DNA of 63,997 nucleotides, filler included, from Basidiobolus ranarum (Eukaryota): NCBI GenBank assembly GCA_040143965.1. It is 5 parts of 5 records of this genome, joined end to end, with 100 filler letters (N's around TTAATTAATTAA, not from the genome) between each part and the next. Parts side by side here need not be neighbours in the genome. Positions count along the whole stretch, not along the records: positions 13,071 to 26,002 come from JASJQH010007388.1; positions 26,103 to 39,027 come from JASJQH010007389.1; 3 more parts are not named here. One strand, 5' to 3'. Shown piece by piece: positions 13,421 to 26,692 of this stretch (position 1 is its first letter; each line of letters starts with the position of its first letter). The notes under the pieces were generated by a model. It saw only the letters and a program-made list of their open reading frames with translations, ran no database searches and was not told where the DNA came from. The position numbers and the translations under genes were made by a program.

Positions 13421-14159
13421 CAAAATTGTATTTTCATTATTAATCTTTTTACACTAATCCTATCACCATATATATACATTTCGCGTTCTAGCAGGAATAA
13501 CAGGTCCGATAAACGAGAAGAATGCAGAAGGAACCAACCACCTTAGCGTAGTGACAGAAAAAGTGTCGTAACAAAACGATACAACATCCACAGATCTTGA
13601 GCTCAATCCCTGCATTACCAACAGTGACTATTGCTTCACATAAAAAATGTCTAACTGAGTTTCCATCGAATTAGGAAAACGTTCAAGCTAGTGTCATATA
13701 ATGGTCAGAAATTGCATGCCATTTGTTTAGGGAAGGCATTTTTAGATGATGCACACAATTGCTGCTTTCGAACATCGCTGTGTAATAAATACTTAGCAGT
13801 TGGACCTAATAAGAGCACACTATTGAATGGTTTGAAAAGCAAGGACAACTACTATGGAGAAAAACTCTAACAATAGAAAAATAAACTTGAGACATGTATT
13901 TATGAAATGATATCTCTCACGGCGAATAATTGTATTACTAATTGTATATGCATGGTTTGTTTTTGTATTATCAAGAGTTTATACATAATTTGGAGAAAGT
14001 GGGGCAATAGGTGCTTATTAGCAAGTAGCACCAATTACCAAGTCTGACGAAGTAACAGAACAAGTAGTACAGTCACTCAGTAAGAGCATATATAATAAGT
14101 GCTATGTTGCTACCGAGTACCAGCATCCGATCTCTCGTCGAACCATCAAATTTATTGCT

Positions 14160-14426
14160 ATGAAATTCGCCATCGGAATATGTGCTCTTGTTACTGCTAC
14201 CGTTGTTGTTGAAGGTGGGTACGTTGGTCAAAAGAACTATAACGGTGTCTCCTATCTGTGGACCTGCCCTGGTAATCCTGTACCAGCCCTCCAGGTTATC
14301 TGCGCTAAGGCCCCCAAGGACTGTACCTTCAAAGCCCCTTGGTCCTTCACTTGCACTGATTTCAACGTGTGTAACTTATTAAGCAAGGAAAATATTGCTC
14401 AAGGCTGTACACCCAAGAAGGTGTAA
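14160..14426 (+). CDS. Small secreted cysteine-rich protein (88 aa; signal peptide + 6 Cys in the mature part)
   Basis: Hydrophobic N-terminus MKFAIGICALVTATVVVEG, strongly C/T-ending codons, TATA-like element at ~14088-14098 and AATAAA at ~14456. Confidence 0.85.
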   Translation: MKFAIGICALVTATVVVEGGYVGQKNYNGVSYLWTCPGNPVPALQVICAKAPKDCTFKAPWSFTCTDFNVCNLLSKENIAQGCTPKKV

Positions 14427-15627
14427 GTCCTACAGGATCTCTGACCTTGTGTTGAAATAAAGATGATTTATGCAATGATTTTCAAAATCATTCATTAATT
14501 TTTAAGTCATGACGATAGTCTTAACGCACGAATAACTATTATTAGAACTTGAGTTCTGATGGAATTGATCTTCACAAAGGCACTAGCAATTTAAGTAGGA
14601 TATCGATTTGTAACTTAGTTTTTGTTATAATCCTTTCAAATATTAATTTTCAGATGACTCCTTTGTGAGTAGAGAGCATGGTTGAAGTTAGCTATGTTAG
14701 CTGTAATTTCAATTTAACTGATATTCAACCACAGCGACATGTTTACTCATTCCATCTGCTATAGAGTACCATGGGTCAGTATGTTACTTTTCATTTACGT
14801 CTTGGCGATCATTTTGGCAAATTCAACCACTTCTTAATTAGTGTGGCTGCCTCTTGGCAAATGTACAGTTGCGATCTTAAAGTGGTATGCTGTAAATATA
14901 CAATTAGAATGGTATTTCTTACCGTCATTCTGAGTGCTAAATGACCGTCACTTTCGATGTGTAATTTTTTGAGAGCTACCATAGATTATTGTGATTTGTG
15001 CATTTTTAATAGTAGTTGTGATGTGTTCGAATTATTTCGTATTCTTTTTGTCGAGTAATATTGAAAACTAACACGGTGTTTAGTGTTGCAAGACTAAGCT
15101 TAGTACCACAACATGGCTTGTTTAGTCGTGTCTCTATGATTCATTGGTAAAGTTGCGCCGGCTAGACATCCTACCTGTTCAGTGCTGGTACAAGTCAATA
15201 TTAGGTATTTATACTGTCGATCTAACTCTTTTCTCACAAGTAACTGATGCAGTTATAACTACAAACGTTTTTATTTTGGCGACGCAGATAATACAACTGG
15301 TACGACATTATGCGTGGCCTAGTCCTGAGTGATGTGTGGCGCAACACTACATAGAGAGTAACTACTTCACTATAGTGCACAACCACGGCTTCACTTCATG
15401 AATCTGTCATCTTTATTACTTTGAGTTCTGGAGCTGATCTGTCCTCAGTATTCCCAAGTTAAAATTGCCACCAAATTTGAGTTACCAAGGTTCTACTTAT
15501 TCAGGAACGGGGATTTAGATTCTCACTTCTATTGCAATAAATCCATATTCAAGAGAGCGCCAAGTCTTTTGGATACAACGACAACTTGGAAAGCCAGAGG
15601 TCGAATTGACTAAAAGTAGTTGATCGA

Positions 15628-15918
15628 TCAACTTGGAATCAGATATAAATGAATTGATCGTTTATTGAGTTCAAGCATTGAGGCTGATATTAGCCAAATT
15701 TCCTTGAGTGCTATACCTCCAGCCATACAACATACCTTTTGACCGGCAACTAGTTTACTGCAATCACTCCCAACTCCGGGATCATAGCTATAGAACTTCT
15801 TGATATCTATCTTACAGGCCTTAGCTAGATCAGCACAATACTGTCCAGGTTTTTGTACCATAAAATTACAAATACCTAAGACAGATGGTGATAACAATAG
15901 TATAGTGAATAAATGCAT
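15628..15918 (-). CDS. Secreted single fungal-type LysM protein (possibly truncated)
   Basis: Signal peptide MHLFTILLLSPSVLG, then C...V.KPGQYCADLAKACKIDIKKFYSYDPGVGSDCSKLVAGQKVCC, matching the Cys-rich fungal LysM consensus (GD.C..IA..C.I....F..YNP....CS.L..GQ.VCC). Confidence 0.75.
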   Translation of the reverse strand: MHLFTILLLSPSVLGICNFMVQKPGQYCADLAKACKIDIKKFYSYDPGVGSDCSKLVAGQKVCCMAGGIALKEIWLISASMLELNKRSIHLYLIPS

Positions 15919-16286
15919 TTCACAGCTAGAGGCATCACATATTATAAAATCTAGCTATAGATTAATTATATTATGTTTTAATCGAAATACTTTTCCAGAG
16001 ACTTCCATGGCCTTGTAATAGGTTTAACCAGTCTTGTTGTGCTGTACTTTCAATTTTTATGAATTGAAACTATGTTCAAACTACATGTACGAATTGTTAG
16101 CTATCTACCAGTAATGTGCTCATAAATACATGTCTTTATTATTAATTCCTGAGCATCCATTACTTCAATATTTGATGCACGGCCTAGATAATGTTAAGTT
16201 TTTGGAACGCACATCTAGTGCTCAAGAGTAAAAAGATTGAGCATACTGCGTTTAGAGTCATCTTAACTGTGATTAGTACAAGTTGG

Positions 16287-16460
16287 TGTTAAAGTATTTG
16301 GGAGCCTGTTGGAAGTGGTTTGGAGAATTAGACAAGTTGGTGGTTTTCACTTATTGATTTATTGAGTATTCAGTTGACATTTGTAGTTTTGTCAAGATGT
16401 AAACAAACTAATGCGTAGAATCTGTTAAGGAAGGTCCCAGGAACATGTGTGCAAAGTTTG
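16287..16460 (-). repeat. Dispersed repeat copy B (putative non-autonomous DNA transposon end)
   Basis: Inverted match to 13175-13249; the longer segment also matches 53949-54122 (aacttt.cac.....cc.gggaccttccttaaca). CpG-poor. Confidence 0.8.
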
Positions 16461-17849
16461 GGGCTTCTAGCACAAGTTATCAAAATCTATATATCTTCAA
16501 ACTTCTAAGTAAATTCCTTATGAGAATAATGGATAATATCTTAGTGAAATATAAGATAACTAAGTGCTAAGCTATATAGGTATTTAGGCAATGCTAACTT
16601 CAACAGTTGGATGGCCTTATCATGAGATCAATGATTTCAAGTATGGATAATATAGGCTGCAATTGGTTGCTGAAACTATTCTCACCTACTTATAAAACTC
16701 CGTGATACACATCAAATTCTTGTGATATAGAAGGCAGTGAGTTCAACTTATAGTACTTCTTGGTTTGAAACTGAGTAATACATTTACTGAGAATAATCAT
16801 CTAGGATGGTTCAAAGAAATGGTGTTAATGTTGTGTCTTATTGGTGCAGAGGTTTTCACTATTTGTAAAAACTGCCTCTAGTAAGTTTATATAAATATAG
16901 TATCATTCAATCCGATAAAGCAACAATCACTATTACTAGACAATGAAAGTCATAATGTACATGCTGGAAAAGAATGATCAGCTGCTCCAATCAAGATGTG
17001 AAATTTGTGGATAAGAATATCATAATGCTTAATAATCAGTAACGAAGACGAAACTCAATTTAGAATGATGTTACACCACAGTTGTCAGTGCCACCACCGA
17101 CGAACTCCTCCACGTACTCTCTATCAACGCTTAAAAGACCGCCATTATAGTGAAAGTCAAGGCTAGTCTGCGACTAGTGTACCAATATTCTCACGCCCTT
17201 ACCCACACTGCCTTTTTGTAATATTTCAACAAAGCTAACTCCAATGTAGATTACATCTCAACTCTGGGATAGAACTCAAATAAACCTTGTATACAGTACT
17301 CCTACAGCACGAGTACTTGATAGTTCTAATACCTATAGAATATCTACCTTTATCTCCACTTATCAATGTGAACAATATATCAAATAGTAGAGTTACAGGC
17401 AATTTGGAATGATTATGTTTATAATCATACCGTCTTTGAACACTTCAGTAAATGAAAAGATATATGCGAAGCCGACTTCAGCGTCTATGTTATGATGCTC
17501 TTTCACCCAGCATATTGAGATCAAATCTCTCTTAACTCAGCAAATCAGGTGATATTCATTAAACACAAGAGTTTGCATGCCATGTATAGTCCACATTCAT
17601 CTCTATGATGAGGGACATCTGACGATATAAATGGATTATTATTAATTTCTCTACTAGTTCCCCTCAACCAGCTCGATAGAATTGCACCAGAAAGGAAATA
17701 TAACATTGAAAAATCTCACTTTATTTATCACAAAGCACAACAAATGTACAATTGGTGAATGATACATTAAGTACATATTTCATTTACTTGAGAGCAGTCT
17801 AGCTAGCAAATGAAGTTATATTTCGTGTGCGTCTCCCCACTAGTTAATA

Positions 17850-19401
17850 TCAGTATGTGTTGTTCGGGGTTTTTTGGCGTGGAAGTGCTATCCAAAGACC
17901 CAACATTCCCAGAAATAACGAAAGAGCAAATGGCTCGAGAACCCAAATCCCCTGCTGAGAAGCAATCACACCAGTCAAGAAGGGGAACAAAGCAGCACCA
18001 GCAAAACCGAGACTGGAAACCAAGCCACCGGTGGTAGCATGTAAGTCTTGGCTAGTAAGTTTAGTTACCACACTTATGGCAGTTGGAAACATGGGGCCCT
18101 TGAGTGAGCGAGAAATAGAATGATTAGAATCTGATAGAATTTCATCTATGATAAGCAAAACCTCACCAATACAACGCCAACCATTGCAATGCAAACAGAA
18201 TCGGCAATAACCTCAGGTACAAGCCACACAACCAACTTTAATCCAACTGCTAAGACAAGGTACAGGACTACCATTCTCCTTTCGCCGAATCTAACTGTTG
18301 GTATTCCTAGCGCAAACCTTCCCAAGGCGATCCCTGATATGGTTAGAACCATCAATAAGTAAGAGTTCAGTGAAATCATATTAATTAACTTTCCAACCTG
18401 CCCAAAAAGAAGAAGCTACAATTCGCATTTTATCAGGATCCCCGTTTTTCACTGTAACTAGAAAGCTGACGATCCATCCTCCGATGCTCACCTCCGCACC
18501 AACATAAAATAATAAGAATATTGCAGTTATCCAAGTGGCTCTCTTTAAAAGAACCTCTTTGAGCATGTTTCGGTCATCACTAACACTTTGCTCAGGCTCA
18601 GAATGGTCCTCAAGAGTTTCCACTTTCTTTATCCGGAAAGTATAGAAAACCGATGGGATATTGATCACTGCCAAGCCCAGATTTACCAAGTAGTAAAAAT
18701 TCCATTGAATTCCACTTGCGAGTAATGCAGCGGCCACTAGAGGGGCTACGAAAGCGCCAATCTACAAGGAACAACTATTAATTCCCTATTGGACTCTAAA
18801 ACTGTAAAGAAATTTCATGACATACTCCGTAGAACCCATGCAATAAATTTAATTTTTCGGAGCTTCGGTTCAAACCTGCTACGTAAATATTTGCTCCAGC
18901 GTCCTGAATACCCGCACCAAATCCCAGTATAACATATGCTACACACAACAGCCAGAACGGTGGTGCCCAACATAACAAAGTGTACGATGCTGTAAAGAAT
19001 GTAGCCCCTAACAGTAAAGTGTTTGCCAAAGAAACCCTAGCCACCAACGTACCAATTGTAAGTGCAGCTATGATAAAGCCAATGGTAGTAAACACAAATA
19101 CAAGACTGATAATCGCATGGTTAACTTTATAGTAGGGTTCCATGACGGTTATCAACCCACCCAGGGATGCATCGTTAAAGCCGAGTATACAGAGCATATA
19201 AAATGAGGCGCAAAGGCGACTTCTCTCGACGGAGAGTTTAGGTTTTTTAAGCTGGAAAATACCATGGTGTTTGTCGCGATTATCTACCAGTATCACGTTT
19301 TGGGTACAATTCTGATTAGTAGCCGGGTTTACTTCACAAGTAGCGTAAGTTTCTTTGTTGTCGAGACTAGCTAGTTCTATTTCGTCTCTAATCGCAGCCA
19401 T
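17850..19401 (-). CDS. MFS transporter (FucP/Bsc6-like), 4 exons: 19401-18826, 18761-18398, 18333-18167, 18098-17850
   Basis: Many TM segments; motifs GFNDASLG, GAGIQDAGAN, LHGFYG|IGAFVAP, FYVGAEVSIGGW, GPMFPT; all three GT-AG introns keep frame. Confidence 0.9.
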
Positions 19402-20571
19402 GATAACAGTCAAACAGAATTAGGATCTACCAGCAAACAATATGGTTTCTATCCTATCCTATGACAGCATAATGATCAAATTCCAACACGAATCATTGGC
19501 CCAACATGACTTGAGATTTATCGCAGGTATGATGTAGTCAGCACACCACTGATCCCTGATTCCTTTCTTTTCACAGAGCAGCCATTCATGAGATCTGATA
19601 GGATATTCTAGATTTGTCCATATTTTCATTGATCGGGAGCATTTTGGAGATGCTCTAGAGTGTTCGATAGCATATTTTTATTCCCATCCCTTCAATTAAA
19701 GAACTGTATGTGAATTAGAGTTTGATGCTCATCCATACACACACTATACAATGGTAGGCCATGATAGGCAATGGAAATAACATGTTGAAGGCTTGGATCA
19801 CTTGTAGTAGTGAATGATCAAGCATCTTGAGAGCGAAGTGTAGTGGAACCATGGACTGGATTATACTGCAGAGCTCACAAGCCACACTGAACTGGGCACA
19901 TGATCTACCTAATCCGTGTCGCTTATACTACGTTACTGATGAATTTTCATTCATGCTAACTTCTGCCTGGAGTCGCGTCATTCCTCGACCTTTCAGATTA
20001 AGAATAGGCGAGAGTATAAAAGCCGTGCTACATATTTCGAGAGGATTTTGCGAGCACCTGTGGTTGTGAGAGGTAGTCAATATTACTAAAATCCACCTCC
20101 ACATGATGGTGATTATCAAGTTACATACTACGTGTAACCCTCTGGGAAAAAAGAAATCTGCGTCAAACCATGACAAATCGATACCAAAAGGGTAGATGCC
20201 TCGGATATCTGGCAGGTAACATAGTCGTTACGTAGACTCCCTCCTCCCAATCTGTGGTCGAAATAATAATAATCCAAAAATCCATTCATTACCAATTTGG
20301 TTTTGATAGTGGCCTTGCCCCTTTCATCAAAGGAAAAGGCGATTTAATTAGAATAATAAGTTGATGAGATAATGTATGCTAATTGGATATAAAATCATGA
20401 AATGATGCTAGAAAGTTTTCCCTCCAGAGATTGCGACAAAGTACATTAACTCCACTGGCCTCCAATGTATACAAAACTAAATTTATGAACTGGAAATGAG
20501 TGACTATTCAATAGCGTTAAAGTCTCCGTCGCTATTCAGTAGCGAAAACTAATTTGACCCAAATAGTTCAT

Positions 20572-21624
20572 CTAAATTAAGTTTTGAATTGCCATGGCAA
20601 TGGTGATTAATCCCATGCCAAGAGCAGGAATGGTGACGGAAGAGCCGGAATCTGGCTTGCCAGATTGGGTATCAGCAATGTTAACCTTGTTCTCAACTGG
20701 AGTGCTGGGAGATGCAACACTTGCGGTTGTTGAGGAGGCCAAGGTGGAAGTGGAGAGAGCAACTGATGTAGAAGTGGCAGACTGTGTAGTGGAGACAACT
20801 GAACTGGTGACAGTCTGGTTCACTTGAGGATTGGCCTGATTCTTATACATAGGGAAACGGTTGCCCAAGCACTCGTTAACAGTCTCAAACTTGTAGTTCT
20901 TGGCCTTGATACCATCAATGATAGTGGCGGTTCTCTCGACGGAGAACTTGTGAATATCGTGTTGTAGGGAGATGAAGGATTGCACTTGAGGGTTGGATTT
21001 ATCCACTGGATTCAAAATGTTGGTAATCAAATCGGCCCACTTCTCTGGCATATCCATGAATTTCCAATCATTGGAATCAACGTTCCATTGAACAACCAAG
21101 TAGCCCATCTCCTTCATGACACCTTGGCAATTGGCGTTACAGTTACCATAGGGAGGACGCATAACAGCTGGTACTAATCCAGTAGCACCTTGGATAGCCT
21201 TCTCGGTAAGAAGCATCTCATCCTTAATTTGGCTGGCAGAAAGCTTGTTCAAATCAGCGTGGGTATTGGTGTGGGAGGCAATTTGATGACCTTCATCGTA
21301 TGCCTGCTTCAAGTACTTTGAAATTCCAGCCTTGGCGGCTTGAGTTCCAACAGAGAAGAAGGTGGCCTTGACCTGCTTCTCCTTAAGAGTAGCCAACAAA
21401 GCACCAGTATACTCACTTGGGCCTAATAAAAGCAAATACAGAAGCGATTAGATTTGTGAAAAGGACGGAAATTTAAAAGAAATCACAATCCTACCATCAT
21501 CGAAAGTCAATGCGAAAACGCCAGGTTTATCGCATTGGAAAATAAATCCGGCACCAGAGTCTTGAGCAGTTACGAAACTAGCTGCTGTGGCTAAAAGTGT
21601 GTATTTCAAGAATGACTGAAGCAT
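20572..21624 (-). CDS. Chitin/polysaccharide deacetylase (CE4, NodB domain), secreted, S/T-rich stalk, probable GPI anchor; exons 21624-21495, 21422-20572
   Basis: Signal peptide MLQSFLKYTLLATAASFVTA; all five CE4 motifs TFDDGP (spanning the intron), HTNTH, RPPYG, DSNDW, LQHD; hydrophobic C-terminal tail. Confidence 0.93.
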
Positions 21625-24600
21625 ATTAGTCCTAAAAAATGATTAGTAAGGGAATATAAAAGAGTAGAGAAGAAATCTATGATGAGAATGAGATGGTTGC
21701 CGTCTCGTCACTTATATAGTAACGATGAAGGCTTGAATATGCATCTCAAATTGAACTCACCATAGCATATAGATATAACTATTATTTGAGGTAGCACATT
21801 AGGAATAGGAGCTTAATTGGTCATCACTGGCATTAGAACACACACAGTTACCAACGCTCGGTACTGGAATTCTCATCAGATCCATTGGGCGTAGTGGCAT
21901 CACGCTGGTACAAGAACCATTATTCAAGCAATTAATAGACCATTAAACACAATTTGATATATGATGGCCTAATGAATTCTACAGGAACAGTGGTTCATTT
22001 AGGATCGATAAAAAACGGGGATTCCCGAACAGCTTAACCCCCATGTATGCTTCCTTACAAATCACTCAAGGTGTCTGCAAGCGACTCATGGATCGCTTTC
22101 CCCTGGAAATCCCCGTTCTTTCAAAGCACTAGAGGATGTACGCTAGGGATGGGACTAGGAATGGGAATAACAATTACCAGAACTAAATCTTTGCCCGCTC
22201 TACCAAATTTCCGACAAGCTTAACATAGTTTAAGTTATCAAGTACAAAGCCTGATTCATTCCTCAATAAGACCAAGTGGTACGAAATCATCAAAGGCAGT
22301 ATATTAGCTTTTGTGACATTGTTGAAAACCAGTATCCTCATTAAACTAGCCCCACTACACACCCAATAGGCAACGGAGCCAACTACGTATATGCTATCAT
22401 CTTGAAGATCTAGGTAAAGCCGGCAAAACGGGGTGCTACAACAAATAGCCTCTCAATTGATTAATCTGATATATCAGTATTTCCGCTGATTTGTTCTCCA
22501 AAGATTTCTTTTTTCAACACTACATGTATTTCTAGGTCAGTAGTACGACATTGGCATTGCAATATTGTAAAACTCTAAAAGTTAATCAGCCGAGCGGTAG
22601 ATTGGTATTGTGTGACATTGAAATGGACGTTTTCTAGAGTTTTTTGCAATAACTGGCTACTCGCACCTTGAGTAACGTGATGAGGCTTCAGAAGAGATTT
22701 TCATCCGGCCTCGTGTGTCAACCAATTTCATCGTTTCCCAACTCAAATCTCCTGGAGTCAACCCTAGGCCCATTGAGAGCAGTAGTAGTAGGCTTTTCGA
22801 TGAGACTAGATTAGTGCTTGTTCAGAAGAGAGTAAGCTGCATGCAATAGTAAATTAGATAGATATAGCACGAGTAGTTGGGATGTATGCATGCAGTATTC
22901 CTTGTGCACCAAAACCTCCCATTCTCCGTGGAACACCTTTCCATATGAATCTAAGAAACGAGTATTATGCATAGATAGAGTCTTACTTACCTTTGTACAC
23001 CATTGAACATTCCAAAAATTTTCAAGCAATCATGAGAAATATATCGACCTCAAAGTAATAAAACTCTAAATACTCGAGGCAATTCATTTGTGTGTGTAAC
23101 GCTATCTTGATTTCTGCAGACATCATTACATAAATGAGCAAATCTAATTAAAACCTTAATCTCGGCTCTCATTATGCAAGCGGATCACGCCTGACGCCTT
23201 CCATGAACTCATTACTCTCGAAATACAGTGGGTGGATGTATAAAGATAATCAAAGCAGCAGCAAATACATTTGAAAGAAGTATGCGCATCTTCTGCATGC
23301 CGATACCAACTAATAACTAAGCCCAGTGCATGTTCCTAGACTGAGCGTACCGAACCTCCCCACAGCTTAACCCATGCTTCATTATGATCTCTGGCATATG
23401 CCTTGATTTGATGTAGATACATCAACAATGAGTGACTGGAAAGTATATTTATCTATTTCCCAATCTATCTCCTGAGTATCCTTCTTTTCGATCGTTGCTC
23501 TAAACTCAGATACTGTGCTTCGCCAATAGCTTCTACTTCTGCTATCGTTTACATTCTCGATCAGGTAGGATACAGATGCGGTAATTCATATTTTAGTAGC
23601 TAGCCTTGTTCAATGTGTGTACAATCTGGTATGTTTATCCCATGCAATATGATGTTTGCAAGTTAGTGTGGAGCAACATGACTCTTTTAATGCTAGAAAT
23701 GTTAAGATATTTCCTGTTATGTCAAGCATGGAATTCCAACCAAGGTAGTCCTAGAATGCATTTCTTTTCCAGCCTTATGGAATTCTAGAAAATGATGTTA
23801 GTAAAGCGTACCATCAAATCCGATTTCAATTCTGACTATTGTTAGGAACAAATATTGATTTATGCCAACAAGAAGGCTTGACTGTTAGCCTATATAAGAT
23901 CGCTTCCGGGATAAACTTATTTGACTCTCACCCTCTGCACTTCCTTAGCCTCAAGATCGCTTTCTGCTTCCATCATGTTGTGTCATTAATTCCACCAATA
24001 TGTGATCCTTTAGTCTATTGAATCCATATAAATCTTTGTAAATCTTTGCATTTGATAATAACCTCAATCCCAACTGAGAAATTCGAGATATTGACATTTA
24101 GCACTGATTTTCCCACTCTGTTGCTCATTTATGCTTGATGTATGTCCAAGTTGACAAAAGTGACTTAATGTAAGCACGTTTTAGGAGACACTATATATAT
24201 ATATTATATGAGTCTTGAAGCAGACAATAACAATATGTGGTAGAAGCTTAGCTTGAAACCAGAGAATATTTCTTTCTCTATGATATATGTCTTAAGTCTA
24301 GAGTGATTCTGACTTGGGTGCATACCACACATAGTCATATTTTAGTAGGTATTTCAACGATACACTCTAAAGCATCACATAGGAGTAAAGTTGATAATCG
24401 AATAAATAGCTGACTTTTTATAGTATTTGTGAAAGTTTCGTCGAGAGTAGAATATACTCAATGATATCATTAGTCTACAACCACTTCAACAAGTTGCTTC
24501 TCATTGGAGGCCAATTTGACGAGCAAATAGCGTAACTGCAATAGGAGGATGTCCTATAGTGTACATTATCAGCATCATATTACTAAATATTGAGAAGTCT

Positions 24601-26002
24601 ATCATGGATTCATAGTATATTTCTTCAAGCTGTTATCATGCACAAAAGTAATGACATCCTTTAATGCCACCACACTGCAGACAATACCATGTGAGAATTA
24701 AGAGCATGTATCATTTTTAGACACACTAATAGATATACAGCACTTAGGTTTCGTATGGTTTGATGGCCACCTTATTTCTTAGCAACATATGGATTTTTTT
24801 GTTAAAATTAATGCATATGGGCATGAACTATACCGAAAAGGGTGAATGAAGAACCAACTCGTTGATATTCCATTTAGTGGAAGTTGAAGTAGTACCAGGA
24901 ATGTGAACCTGTCGCTAAAATTTGTAATAGGTATTTCTCTAACTTTCTGTATTAAGATACCCAGACATATACGCATTATCAGCATATACTAGAGTTCATC
25001 TTCCAAAGTATTGGGTTACCAATTTACTCCTTTCATACCAGAGAGGATAGGTACTAAATCTTTATTTAGTTACCTATTGCACCGTTAAAATATCGCTTCT
25101 CAACCCTCTTAATCGCATATTGCTAAATGAAATAATCATGAAGAATTGATCCGGTTTGAGCATGGATATGTGCCAAGATGGAATGAATATCTCCAACTAT
25201 ATCATGGTGCAATCATTGATGTGGATTGTAAAATTATAACTGAGAATCCTGATAGTAAAATAAATCCATGTTCAATATATACATGGAGAAAATTCCAGTT
25301 TGTTAGGAATTTATTATGCCAATCAGGAATAGAGCGATGGATTATTTGAAGAAACAAAAGTATAGGAGCAGAGAGCATCATATGTCGGCCCATATGGACT
25401 AATGTTTGTCCATATTAACTGAAATAATTCACACGAATCCTGTCGCGGTTATGATATTGGCAACATCCATTGATTAAGATTATGTACACGTATACATTCC
25501 AGTTTCTCTCAGAAAGTAATGTTACTTACTTTTAACTGGAAAACAACTGTATACGAACTTCACCATAGCAGTTATGCTTCTGATGATATTTATTGTTTAT
25601 CATTCGATACGCCTGAACATGTGCATCTTATAGCATGGAAAGTATTTTTAAGCAAAAGAAGTTTGGTGAGTATCTTGTGGATTGCATCCATGCGAGTATT
25701 TCGATCTATATTTGGATATTCTTTCTACACATTTACCCACCACATAAGCGACATACATGCGGGAACTAAAGTCGGCCCATCACACACCTTTGAGTCACAG
25801 AGCCATAATGAAAATCAGGAAAAAAGAACCCGTGTACGATTCGATACAGCATGACTATTTTTAAGTCAAAGCAACGAATGGGAACCAAGTTAGAGGGAAA
25901 CATGATAGTCGTGTCGTCATTGGATGAGCATCGAATATAGTTGCAAGGGGCTTGCAAGTGTACCAATGGCTGCAGGGTATCCCAGTGGAAGATAGGTAAG
26001 GC

Positions 26003-26102
26003 NNNNNNNNNNNNNNNNNNNNNNNNNNNNNNNNNNNNNNNNNNNNTTAATTAATTAANNNNNNNNNNNNNNNNNNNNNNNNNNNNNNNNNNNNNNNNNN
26101 NN
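26003..26102. other. Artificial contig-joining spacer
   Basis: N44-TTAATTAATTAA-N44. Confidence 0.97.
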
Positions 26103-26283
26103 TTAATTGACATAAGCCAATGGAGAATATAATCCATTACAACCATGAGCTTCAATGCAAGATGCAGCCCTACCCTAACCCTGACTTCTTTCTTTCATTG
26201 TCTTTACGATGATGGAACTATCTAACAATGCAAATAATTAATTAATATCAAACAGTCAAATTTAAAAATATCTATCCAGATAC

Positions 26284-26355
26284 TAATAATAGAGTCTAGT
26301 TATTTTAAAGCAGGTATCATAATAATAGAGCCTAGTTATTTTAAAGCAGGTATCA
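26284..26355. repeat. 36-bp tandem duplication
   Basis: taataatagag(t/c)ctagttattttaaagcaggtatca x2, one mismatch. Confidence 0.9.
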
Positions 26356-26692
26356 ATTGGTTTTCCTTTTCACTTATATGACCAGGAATCATCAGTGTGG
26401 ATCTGATATGGTTAAACTTAAGAAATATCTGAATAGCTGACAGTGACCTATGTTCAAACGATGCATCATGTATATATCATCTTAGGATACCTCAATAGGT
26501 CCGATATTGACCATTGAAAGATAAAGCCTCGCAAGAGGTCAGTTACTATTAGCCAGTCATCAATAAAATAATATTCGATGCAACCAAATACTGTTCAAAT
26601 TTTATTAGTTCTTATTTAGTTATATTGGGTAGTGGTTATGTACGACAAGTGATGTATAATCAAATGGATGCTATGGTTTATCAGAAAAGTCA

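Noticed and set aside
26284..26355. 36-bp and 40-bp (58771) repeats as CRISPR-like arrays
   Set aside because: Two adjacent copies with no spacers, no cas genes, eukaryotic context.
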